64,000 nucleotides of DNA from Auanema rhodensis (taxonomy: Eukaryota; Animalia; Nematoda): positions 6,696,001-6,760,000 of the forward strand of contig OZ059895.1 in assembly GCA_964057225.1 (NCBI GenBank). The letters are read 5' to 3'. A program made the position numbers and the translations under genes. Below the pieces are notes generated by a model, which was not told the DNA's origin, did not search any database, and saw only the letters and a program-made list of their open reading frames with translations. Each line of letters opens with the position of its first letter. Positions within the stretch are counted from its first letter, which is position 1. Positions 45,783 through 58,100 of this stretch are shown one piece after another.

Positions 45783-46034
45783 GGTTTAATTACCCAAGTT
45801 TGAGGTACTTTGATGATTCAACAAGGGTTACACCTGATGTTGAACTAAATTTTGGAAAGCTCACTATATGTTAGCAACATTGATATTTCATCTCTCTGAA
45901 GATTCGGAAGCTTGTCTATCTCTTTACCGGAAATGTTTATTATTCAGACAATCTCAGTCTAGAGTTTTGAATGTTCTTCTGAACAGGAATACGGTGCACG
46001 TGCCATTTGCCTTGAGGTATTCATCTTCATCTTT

Positions 46035-46129
46035 GGTTTAATTACCCAAGTTTGAGGTACTTTGATGATTCAACAAGGGTTACACCTGATGTTGAACTAA
46101 ATTTTGGAAAGCTCACTATATGTGAGCAA
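46035..46129 (+). ncRNA. sls-1: Representative intact SL1 RNA gene (copy 3)
   Basis: Leader 46035-46056, donor GT 46057-46058, Sm site ~46099-46108, terminal hairpin 46111-46127. The exact 3' end is approximate. Confidence 0.93.
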
Positions 46130-49100
46130 CATTGATATTCCATCTTTCTGAAGATTCTGAAGCTTGTCTATCTCTTGAATGGAAACGTTTATTGTTCAGA
46201 CAATCTCAGTCTAGAGTTTTGAATGTTTTTCTGAAGAAGAATACGGTGCACGTGCCATTTGCCCTGGAGTATTCATCTTCATCTTTGGTTTAATCACCCA
46301 AGTTTGAGGTACTTTGATAATTCAACAACGGTTACACCTGATGTTGAACTAAATTTTGGAAAGCTCACTATATGTGAGCAACATTGACATTTCATCTTTC
46401 TGAAGATTCTGAAGCTTGTCTATCTCTTGATCGGAAATGTTTATTGTTCAGACAATCTCAGTCTAGAGTTTTGAATGTTCTTCTGAACAGGAATACGGTG
46501 CACGTGCCATTTGCCTTGAGGTATTCATATTCATCTTTTGTTTAATTACCCAAGTTTGAGGTACTTTGATAATTCAACAACGGTTACACCTGATGTTGAA
46601 CTAAATTTTGGAAAGCTCACTATATGTGAGCAACATTGATATTCCATCTTTCTGAAGATTCTGAAGCTTGTCTATCTCTTGAATGGAAACGTTTATTGTT
46701 CAGACAATCTCAGTCTAGAGTTTTGAATGTTTTTCTGAAGAAGAATACGGTGCACGTGCCATTTGCCCTGGAGTATTCATCTTCATCTTTGGTTTAATCA
46801 CCCAAGTTTGAGGTACTTTGATAATTCAACAACGGTTACACCTGATGTTGAACTAAATTTTGGAAAGCTCACTATATGTGAGCAACATTGACATTTCATC
46901 TTTCTGAAGATTCTGAAGCTTGTCTATCTCTTGATCGGAAATGTTTATTGTTCAGACAATCTCAGTCTAGAGTTTTGAATGTTCTTCTGAACAGGAATAC
47001 GGTGCACGTGCCATTTGCCTTGAGGTATTCATATTCATCTTTTGTTTAATTACCCAAGTTTGAGGTACTTTGATAATTCAACAACGGTTACACCTGATGT
47101 TGAACTAAATTTTGGAAAGCTCACTATATGTGAGCAACATTGATATTCCATCTTTCTGAAGATTCTGAAGCTTGTCTATCTCTTGAATGGAAACGTTTAT
47201 TGTTCAGACAATCTCAGTCTAGAGTTTTGAATGTTTTTCTGAAGAAGAATACGGTGCACGTGCCATTTGCCCTGGAGTATTCATCTTCATCTTTGGTTTA
47301 ATCACCCAAGTTTGAGGTACTTTGATAATTCAACAACGGTTACACCTGATGTTGAACTAAATTTTGGAAAGCTCACTATATGTGAGCAACATTGATATTC
47401 CATCTTTCTGAAGATTCTGAAGCTTGTCTATCTCTTGATCGGAAATGTTTATTGTTCAGACAATCTCAGCCTAGAGTTTTGAATGTTTTTCTGAAGAAGA
47501 ATACGGTGCACGTGCCATTTGCCTTGAGGTATTCATATTCATCTTTGGTTTAATTACCCAAGTTTGAGGTACTTTGATAATTCAACAACGGTTACACCTG
47601 ATGTTGAACTAAATTTTGGAAAGCTCAGTATATGTGAGCAACATTGATATTCCATCTTTCTGAAGATTCTGAAGCTTGTCTATCTCTTGATCGGAAATGT
47701 TTATTGTTCAGACAATCTCAGCCTAGAGTTTTGAATGTTTTTCTGAAGAAGAATACGGTGCACGTGCCATTTGCCCTGGAGTATTCATCTTCATCTTTGG
47801 TTTAATTACCCAAGTTTGAGGTACTTTGATAATTCAACAAGGGTTACACCTGATGTTGAACTAAATTTTGGAAAGTTCACTATATGTGAGCAACATTGAT
47901 ATTTCATCTTTCTGCAGATTCTGAAGCTTGTCTATCTCTTGAATGGAAACGTTTATTGTTCAGAAAATCTCAGTCTAGAGTTTTGAATGTTTTTCTGAAG
48001 AAGAATACGGTGCACGTGCCATTTGCCCTGGAGTATTCATCTTCATCTTTGGTTTAATTACCCAAGTTTGAGGTACTTTGATAATTCAACAAGGGTTACA
48101 CCTGATGTTGAACTAAATTTTGGAATGTTCACTATATGTGAGCAACATTGATATTTCATCTTTCTGAAGATTCTGAAGCTTGTCTATCTCTTGAATGGAA
48201 ACGTTTATTGTTCAGAAAATCTCAGTCTAGAGTTTTGAATGTTTTTCTGAAGAAGAATACGGTGCACGTGCCATTTGCCCTGGAGTATTCATCTTCATCT
48301 TTGGTTTAATTACCCAAGTTTGAGGTACTTTGATAATTCAACAAGGGTTACACCTGATGTTGAACCAAATTTTGGAAAGCTCACTATATGTGAGCAACAT
48401 TGATATTCCATCTTTCTGAAGATTCTGAAGCTTGTCTATCTCTTTACCGGAAACTTTTATTGTTCAGAAAATCTCAGTCTAGAGTTTTGAATGTTTTTCT
48501 GAAGAAGAATACGGTGCACGTGCCATTTGCCCTGGAGTATTCATCTTCATCTTTGGTTTAATTACCCAAGTTTGAGATACTTTGATAATTCAACAAGGGT
48601 TACACCTGATGTTGAACCAAATTTTGGAAAGCTCACTATATGTGAGCAACATTGATATTCCATCTTTCTGAAGATTCTGAAGCTTGTCTATCTCTTTACC
48701 GGAAACTTTTATTGTTCAGAAAATCTCAGTCTAGAGTTTTGAATGTTTTTCTGAAGAAGAATACGGTGCACGTGCCATTTGCCTTGAGGTATTCATCTTC
48801 ATCTTTGGTTTAATTACCCAAGTTTGAGATACTTTGATAATTCAACAAGGGTTACACCTGATGTTGAACTAAATTTTGGAAAGCTCAGTATATGTGAGCA
48901 ACATTGATATTTCATCTTTCTGAAGATTCTGAAGCTTGTCTATCTCTTTACCGGAAACTTTTATTGTTCAGAAAATCTCAGTCTAGAGTTTTGAATGTTT
49001 TTCTGAAGAAGAATACGGTGCACGTGCCATTTGCCCTGGAGTATTCATCTTCATCTTTGGTTTAATTACCCAAGTTTGAGATACTTTGATAATTCAACAA

Positions 49101-52100
49101 GGGTTACACCTGATGTTGAACTAAATTTTGGAAAGTTCACTATATGTGAGCAACATTGATATTCCATCTTTCTGAAGATTCTGAAGCTTGTCTATCTCTT
49201 TACCGGAAACTTTTATTGTTCAGAAAATCTCAGTCTAGAGTTTTGAATGTTTTTCTGAAGAAGAATACGGTGCACGTGCCATTTGCCCTGGAGTATTCAT
49301 CTTCATCTTTGGTTTAATTACCCAAGTTTGAGATACTTTGATAATTCAACAAGGGTTACACCTGATGTTGAACTAAATTTTGGAAAGCTCAGTATATGTG
49401 AGCAACATTGATATTTCATCTTTCTGAAGATTCTGAAGCTTGTCTATCTCTTTACCGGAAACTTTTATTGTTCAGAAAATCTCAGTCTAGAGTTTTGAAT
49501 GTTTTTCTGAAGAAGAATACGGTGCACGTGCCATTTGCCCTGGAGTATTCATCTTCATCTTTGGTTTAATTACCCAAGTTTGAGATACTTTGATAATTCA
49601 ACAAGGGTTACACCTGATGTTGAACTAAATTTTGGAAAGTTCACTATATGTGAGCAACATTGATATTCCATCTTTCTGAAGATTCTGAAGCTTGTCTATC
49701 TCTTTACCGGAAACTTTTATTGTTCAGAAAATCTCAGTCTAGAGTTTTGAATGTTTTTCTGAAGAAGAATACGGTGCACGTGCCATTTGCCCTGGAGTAT
49801 TCATCTTCATCTTTGGTTTAATTACCCAAGTTTGAGATACTTTGATAATTCAACAAGGGTTACACCTGATGTTGAACTAAATTTTGGAAAGCTCAGTATA
49901 TGTGAGCAACATTGATATTTCATCTTTCTGAAGATTCTGAAGCTTGTCTATCTCTTGAATGGAAACGTTTATTGTTCAGAAAATCTCAGTCTAGAGTTTT
50001 GAATGTTTTTCTGAAGAAGAATACGGTGCACGTGCCATTTGCCCTGGAGTATTCATCTTCATCTTTGGTTTAATTACCCAAGTTTGAGGTACTTTGATAA
50101 TTCAACAAGGGTTACACCTGATGTTGAACTAAATTTTGGAAAGCTCAGTATATGTGAGCAACATTGATATTTCATCTCTCTGAAGAATCGGAAGCTTGTC
50201 TATCTCTTTACCGGAAACTTTTATTGTTCAGACAATATCAGCCTAGAGTTTTGAATGTTTTTCTGAAGAAGAATACGGTGCACGTGCCATTTGCCTTGAG
50301 GTATTCATCTTCATCTTTGGTTTAATTACCCAAGTTTGAGGTACTTTGATGATTCAACAAGGGTTACACCTGATGTTGAACTAAATTTTGGATAGCTCAC
50401 TATATGTGAGCAACATTGATATTCCATCTTTCTGAAGATTCTGAAGCTTGTCTATCTCTTTACCGGAAACTTTTATTGTTCAGACAATATCAGCCTAGAG
50501 TTTTGAATGTTTTTCTGAAGAAGAATACGGTGCACGTGCCATTTGCCTTGAGGTATTCATCTTCATCTTTGGTTTAATTACCCAAGTTTGAGGTACTTTG
50601 ATAATTCAACAACGGTTACACCGGATGTTGAACTAAATTTTGGAAAGCTCACTATATGTGAGCAACATTTATATTTCATCTTTCTGAAGATTCTGAAGCT
50701 TGTCTATCTCTTGAATGGAAACGTTTATTGTTCAGACAATCTCAGCCTAGAGTTTTGAATGTTTTTCTGAAGAAGAATACGGTGCACGTGCCATTTGCCT
50801 TGAGGTATTCATCTTCATCTTTGGTTTAATTACCCAAGTTTGAGGTACTTTGATAATTCAACAACGGTTACACCTGATGTTGAACTAAATTTTGGAAAGC
50901 TCACTATATGTGAGCAACATTGATATTTCATCTTTCTGAAGATTCTGAAACTTGTCTATCTCTTGACCGGAAATGTTTATTGTTCAGACAATCTCAGTCT
51001 AGAGTTTTGAATGTTTTTCTGAAGAAGAATACGGTGCACATGCCATTTGCCTTGAGGTATTCATCTTCATCTTTGGTTTAATTACCCAAGTTTGAGGTAC
51101 TTTGATAATTCAACAACGGTTACACCTGATGTTGAACTAAATTTTGGAAAGCTCACTATATGTGAGCAACATTGATATTCCATCTTTCTGAAGATTCTGA
51201 AGCTTGTCTATCTCTTGAATGGAAACGTTTATTGTTCAGACAATCTCAGCCTAGAGTTTTGAATGTTTTTCTGAAGAAGAATACGGTGCACGTGCCATTT
51301 GCCTTGAGGTATTCATCTTCATCTTTGGTTTAATTACCCAAGTTTGAGGTACTTTGATAATTCAACAACGGTTACACCTGATGTTGAACTAAATTTTGGA
51401 AAGCTCACTATATGTGAGCAACATTGATATTTCATCTTTCTGAAGATTCTGAAGCTTGTCTATCTCTTGACCGGAAATGTTTATTGTTCGGACAATCTCA
51501 GCCTAGAGTTTTGAATGTTTTTCTGAAGAAGAATACGGTGCACGTGCCATTTGCCTTGAGGTATTCATCTTCATCTTTGGTTTAATTACCCAAGTTTGAG
51601 GTACTTTGATAATTCAACAACGGTTACACCTGATGTTGAACTAAATTTTGGAAAGCTCACTATATGTGAGCAACATTGATATTTTATCTTTCTGAAGATT
51701 CTGAAGCTTGTCTATCTCTTGACCGGAAATGTTTATTGTTCGGACAATCTCAGCCTAGAGTTTTGAATGTTTTTCTGAAGAAGAATACGGTGCACGTGCC
51801 ATTTGCCTTGAGGTATTCATCTTCATCTTTGGTTTAATTACCCAAGTTTGAGGTACTTTGATAATTCAACAACGGTTACACCTGATGTTGAACTAAATTT
51901 TGGAAAGCTCACTATATGTGAGCAACATTGATATTCCATCTTTCTGAAGATTCTGAAGCTTGTCTATCTCTTGAATGGAAACGTTTATTGTTCAGACAAT
52001 CTCAGCCTAGAGTTTTGAATGTTTTTCTGAAGAAGAATACGGTGCACGTGCCATTTGCCTTGAGGTATTCATCTTCATCTTTGGTTTAATTACCCAAGTT

Positions 52101-55100
52101 TGAGATACTTTGATAATTCAACAAGGGTTACACCTGATGTTGAACTAAATTTTGGAAAGCTCAGTATATGTGAGCAACATTGATATTTCATCTTTCTGAA
52201 GATTCTGAAGCTTGTCTATCTCTTGAATGGAAACGTTTATTGTTCGGAAATCTCAGCCTAGAGTTTTGAATGTTTTTCTGAAGAAGAATACGGTGCACGT
52301 GCCATTTGCCTTGAGGTATTCATCTTCATCTTTGGTTTAATTACCCAAGTTTGAGGTACTTTGATGATTCAACAAGGGTTACACCTGATGTTGAACTAAA
52401 TTTTGGAAAGCTCACTATATGTGAGCAACATTGATATTTCATCTTTCTGAAGATTCTGAAGCTTGTCTATCTCTTGACCGGAAATGTTTATTGTTCAGAC
52501 AATCTCAGTCTAGAGTTTTGAATGTTTTTCTGAAGAAGAATACGGTGCACGTGCCATTTGCCTTGGGGTATTCAACTTCATTTTTGGTTTAATTACCCAA
52601 GTTTGAGGTACTTTGATAATTCAACAACAGTTACACCTGATGTTGAACTAAATTTTCGAAAGCTCACTATATGTGAGCAACATTGATATTTCATCTTTCT
52701 GAAGATTCTGAAGCTTGTCTATCTCTTGAATGGAAACGTTTATTGTTCAGACAATCTCAGCCTAGAGTTTTGAATGTTTTTCTGAAGAAGAATACGGTGC
52801 ACGTGCCATTTGCCTTGAGGTATTCATCTTCATTTTTGGTTTAATTACCCAAGTTTGAGGTACTTTGATGATTCAACAAGGGTTACACCTGATGTTGAAC
52901 TAAATTTTGGAAAGCTCACTATATGTGAGCAACATTTATATTTCATCTTTCTGAAGATTCTGAAGCTTGTCTATCTCTTGACCGGAAATGTTTATTGTTC
53001 AGACAATCTCAGTCTAGAGTTTTGAATGTTTTTCTGAAGAAGAATACGGTGCACGTGCCATTTGCCCTGGAGTATTCATCTTCATCTTTGGTTTAATTAC
53101 CCAAGTTTGAGGTACTTTGATAATTCAACAACGGTTACACCTGATGTTGAACTAAATTTTGGAAAGCTCACTATATGTGAGCAACATTGATATTTCATCT
53201 TTCTGAAGATTCTGAAGCTTGTCTATCTCTTGACCGGAAATGTTTATTGTTCAGACAATCTCAGTCTAGAGTTTTGAATGTTTTTCTGAAGAAGAATACG
53301 GTGCACGTGCCATTTGCCCTGGAGTATTCATCTTCATCTTTGGTTTAATTACCCAAGTTTGAGGTACTTTGATAATTCAACAACGGTTACACCTGATGTT
53401 GAACTAAATTTTGGAAAGCTCACTATATGTGAGCAACATTGATATTTCATCTTTCTGAAGATTCTGAAGCTTGTCTATCTCTTGAATGGAAACGTTTATT
53501 GTTCGGAAATCTCAGCCTAGAGTTTTGAATGTTTTTCTGAAGAAGAATACGGTGCACGTGCCATTTGCCCTGGAGTATTCATCTTCATCTTTGGTTTAAT
53601 TACCCAAGTTTGAGGTACTTTGATAATTCAACAACGGTTACACCTGATGTTGAACTAAATTTTGGAAAGCTCACTATATGTGAGCAACATTGATATATCA
53701 TCTTTCTGAAGATTCTGAAGCTTGTCTATCTCTTGAATGGAAACGTTTATTGTTCGGAAATCTCAGCCTAGAGTTTTGAATGTTTTTCTGAAGAAGAATA
53801 CGGTGCACGTGCCATTTGCCTTGAGGTATTCATCTTCATCTTTGGTTTAATTACCCAAGTTTGAGGTACTTTGATAATTCAACAACGGTTACACCTGATG
53901 TTGAACTAAATTTTCGAAAGCTCACTATATGTGAGCAACATTGATATTTCATCTTTCTGAAGATTCTGAAGCTTGTCTATCTCTTGAATGGAAACGTTTA
54001 TTGTTCGGAAATCTCAGCCTAGAGTTTTGAATGTTTTTCTGAAGAAGAATACGGTGCACGTGCCATTTGCCTTGAGGTATTCATCTTCATCTTTGGTTTA
54101 ATTACCCAAGTTTGAGGTACTTTGATAATTCAACAACGGTTACACCTGATGTTGAACTAAATTTTGGAAAGCTCACTATATGTGAGCAACATTGATATAT
54201 CATCTTTCTGAAGATTCTGAAGCTTGTCTATCTCTTGAATGGAAACGTTTATTGTTCGGAAATCTCAGCCTAGAGTTTTGAATGTTTTTCTGAAGAAGAA
54301 TACGGTGCACGTGCCATTTGCCCTGGAGTATTCATCTTCATCTTTGGTTTAATTACCCAAGTTTGAGGTACTTTGATAATTCAACAACGGTTACACCTGA
54401 TGTTGAACTAAATTTTGGAAAGCTCACTATATGTGAGCAACATTGATATTTCATCTTTCTGAAGATTCTGAAGCTTGTCTATCTCTTGACCGGAAATGTT
54501 TATTGTTCAGACAATCTCAGTCTAGAGTTTTGAATGTTTTTCTGAAGAAGAATACGGTGCACGTGCCATTTGCCCTGGAGTATTCATCTTCATCTTTGGT
54601 TTAATTACCCAAGTTTGAGGTACTTTGATAATTCAACAACAGTTACACCTGATGTTGAACTAAATTTTCGAAAGCTCACTATATGTGAGCAACATTGATA
54701 TTTCATCTTTCTGAAGATTCTGAAGCTTGTCTATCTCTTGAATGGAAACGTTTATTGTTCGGAAATCTCAGCCTAGAGTTTTGAATGTTTTTCTGAAGAA
54801 GAATACGGTGCACGTGCCATTTGCCCTGGAGTATTCATCTTCATCTTTGGTTTAATTACCCAAGTTTGAGGTACTTTGATAATTCAACAACGGTTACACC
54901 TGATGTTGAACTAAATTTTGGAAAGCTCACTATATGTGAGCAACATTGATATATCATCTTTCTGAAGATTCTGAAGCTTGTCTATCTCTTGAATGGAAAC
55001 GTTTATTGTTCGGAAATCTCAGCCTAGAGTTTTGAATGTTTTTCTGAAGAAGAATACGGTGCACGTGCCATTTGCCTTGAGGTATTCATCTTCATCTTTG

Positions 55101-58100
55101 GTTTAATTACCCAAGTTTGAGGTACTTTGATAATTCAACAACGGTTACACCTGATGTTGAACTAAATTTTCGAAAGCTCACTATATGTGAGCAACATTGA
55201 TATTTCATCTTTCTGAAGATTCTGAAGCTTGTCTATCTCTTGAATGGAAACGTTTATTGTTCGGAAATCTCAGCCTAGAGTTTTGAATGTTTTTCTGAAG
55301 AAGAATACGGTGCACGTGCCATTTGCCTTGAGGTATTCATCTTCATCTTTGGTTTAATTACCCAAGTTTGAGGTACTTTGATAATTCAACAACGGTTACA
55401 CCTGATGTTGAACTAAATTTTGGAAAGCTCACTATATGTGAGCAACATTGATATATCATCTTTCTGAAGATTCTGAAGCTTGTCTATCTCTTGAATGGAA
55501 ACGTTTATTGTTCGGAAATCTCAGCCTAGAGTTTTGAATGTTTTTCTGAAGAAGAATACGGTGCACGTGCCATTTGCCCTGGAGTATTCATCTTCATCTT
55601 TGGTTTAATTACCCAAGTTTGAGGTACTTTGATAATTCAACAACGGTTACACCTGATGTTGAACTAAATTTTGGAAAGCTCACTATATGTGAGCAACATT
55701 GATATTTCATCTTTCTGAAGACTCTGAAGCTTGTCTATCTCTTGAATGGAAACGTTTATTGTTCAGACAATCTCAGCCTAGAGTTTTGAATGTTTTTCTG
55801 AAGAAGAATACGGTGCACGTGCCATTTGCCTTGAGGTATTCATCTTCATCTTTGGTTTGATTACCCAAGTTTGAGGTACTTTGATGATTCAACAAGGGTT
55901 ACACCTGATGTTGAACTAAATTTTGGAAAGCTCACTATATGTGAGCAACATTGATATTTCATCTTTCTGAAGATTCTGAAGCTTGTCTATCTCTTGACCC
56001 AAAATGTTCATTGTTGAGACAATCTCAGTCTAGAGTTTTGAAATTTCTTCTGAACAGGAATACGGTGCACGTGCCATTTGCCCTGGAGTATTCATCTTCA
56101 TCTTTGGTTTAATTACCCAAGTTTGAGGTACTTTGATAATTCAACAACGGTTACACCTGATGTTGAACTAAATTTTGGAAAGCTCACTATATGTGAGCAA
56201 CATTGATATTTCATCTTTCTGAAGATTCTGAAGCTTGTCTATCTCTTGACCGGAAATGTTTATTGTTCAGACAATCTCAGTCTAGAGTTTTGAATGTTTT
56301 TCTGAAGAAGAATACGGTGCACGTGCCATTTGCCTTGGGGTATTCAACTTCTTTTTTGGTTTAATTACCCAAGTTTGAGGTACTTTGATGATTCAACAAG
56401 GGTTACACCTGATGTTGAACTAAATTTTGGAAAGCTCACTATATGTGAGCAACATTGATATTTCATCTCTCTGAAGATTCGGAAGCTTGTCTATCTCTTG
56501 ACCGGAAATGTTTATTGTTCAGACAATCTCAGTCAGGAGTTTTGAATGTTCTTCTGAACAGGAATACGGTGCACGTGCCATTTGCCTTGAGGTATTCATC
56601 TTCATCTTTGGTTTAATTACCCAAGTTTGAGGTACTTTGATAATTCAACAACGGTTACACCTGATGTTGAACTAAATTTTGGAAAGCTCACTATATGTGA
56701 GCAACATTGATATTTCATCTTTCTGAAGATTCTGAAGCTTGTCTATCTCTTGACCGGAAATGTTTATTGTTCAGACAATCTCAGCCTAGAGTTTTGAATG
56801 TTTTTCTGAAGAAGAATACGGTGCACGTGCCATTTGCCTTGAGGTATTCATCTTCATCTTTGGTTTAATTACCCAAGTTTGAGGTACTTTGATGATTCAA
56901 CAAGGGTTACACCTGATGTTGAACTAAATTTTGGAAAGCTCACTATATGTGAGCAACATTGATATTTCATCTTTCTGAAGATTCTGAAGCTTGTCTATCT
57001 CTTGACCGGAAATGTTTATTGTTCAGACAATCTCAGTCTAGAGTTTTGAATGTTTTTCTGAAGAAGAATACGGTGCACGTGCCATTTGCCTTGGGGTATT
57101 CAACTTCATTTTTGGTTTAATTACCCAAGTTTGAGGTACTTTGATGATTCAACAAGGGTTACACCTGATGTTGAACTAAATTTTGGAAAGCTCACTATAT
57201 GTGAGCAACATTTATATTTCATCTTTCTGAAGATTCTGAAGCTTGTCTATCTCTTGACCGGAAATGTTTATTGTTCAGACAATCTCAGCCTAGAGTTTTG
57301 AATGTTTTTCTGAAGAAGAATACGGTGCACGTGCCATTTGCCTTGAGGTATTCATCTTCATCTTTGGTTTAATTACCCAAGTTTGAGGTACTTTGATAAT
57401 TCAACAACGGTTACACCTGATGTTGAACTAAATTTTGGAAAGCTCACTATATGTGAGCAACATTGATATTTCATCTTTCTGAAGATTCTGAAGCTTGTCT
57501 ATCTCTTGACCGGAAATGTTTATTGTTCAGACAATCTCAGTCTAGAGTTTTGAATGTTTTTCTGAAGAAGAATACGGTGCACGTGCCATTTGCCCTGGAG
57601 TATTCATCTTCATCTTTGGTTTAATTACCCAAGTTTGAGGTACTTTGATAATTCAACAACGGTTACACCTGATGTTGAACTAAATTTTGGAAAGCTCACT
57701 ATATGTGAGCAACATTGATATTTCTTCTCTCTGAACATTCGGAAGCTTGTCTATCTCTTGACCGGAAATGGTTATTGTTCAGACAATCTCAGTCTAGAGT
57801 TTTGAATATTCTTATGAACAGGAATACGGTGCACGTGCCATTTGCCTTGGGGTATTCAACTTCATTTTTGGTTTAATTACCCAAGTTTGAGGTACTTTGA
57901 TGATTCAACAACGGTTACACCTGATGTTGAACTAAATTTTGGAAAGCTCACTATATGTGAGCAACATTGATATTCCATCTTTCTGAAGATTCTGAAGCTT
58001 GTCTATCTCTTGACCGGAAATGTTTATTGTTCAGACAATCTCAGTCTAGAGTTTTGAATGTTTTTCTGAAGAAGAATACGGTGCACGTGCCATTTGCCTT

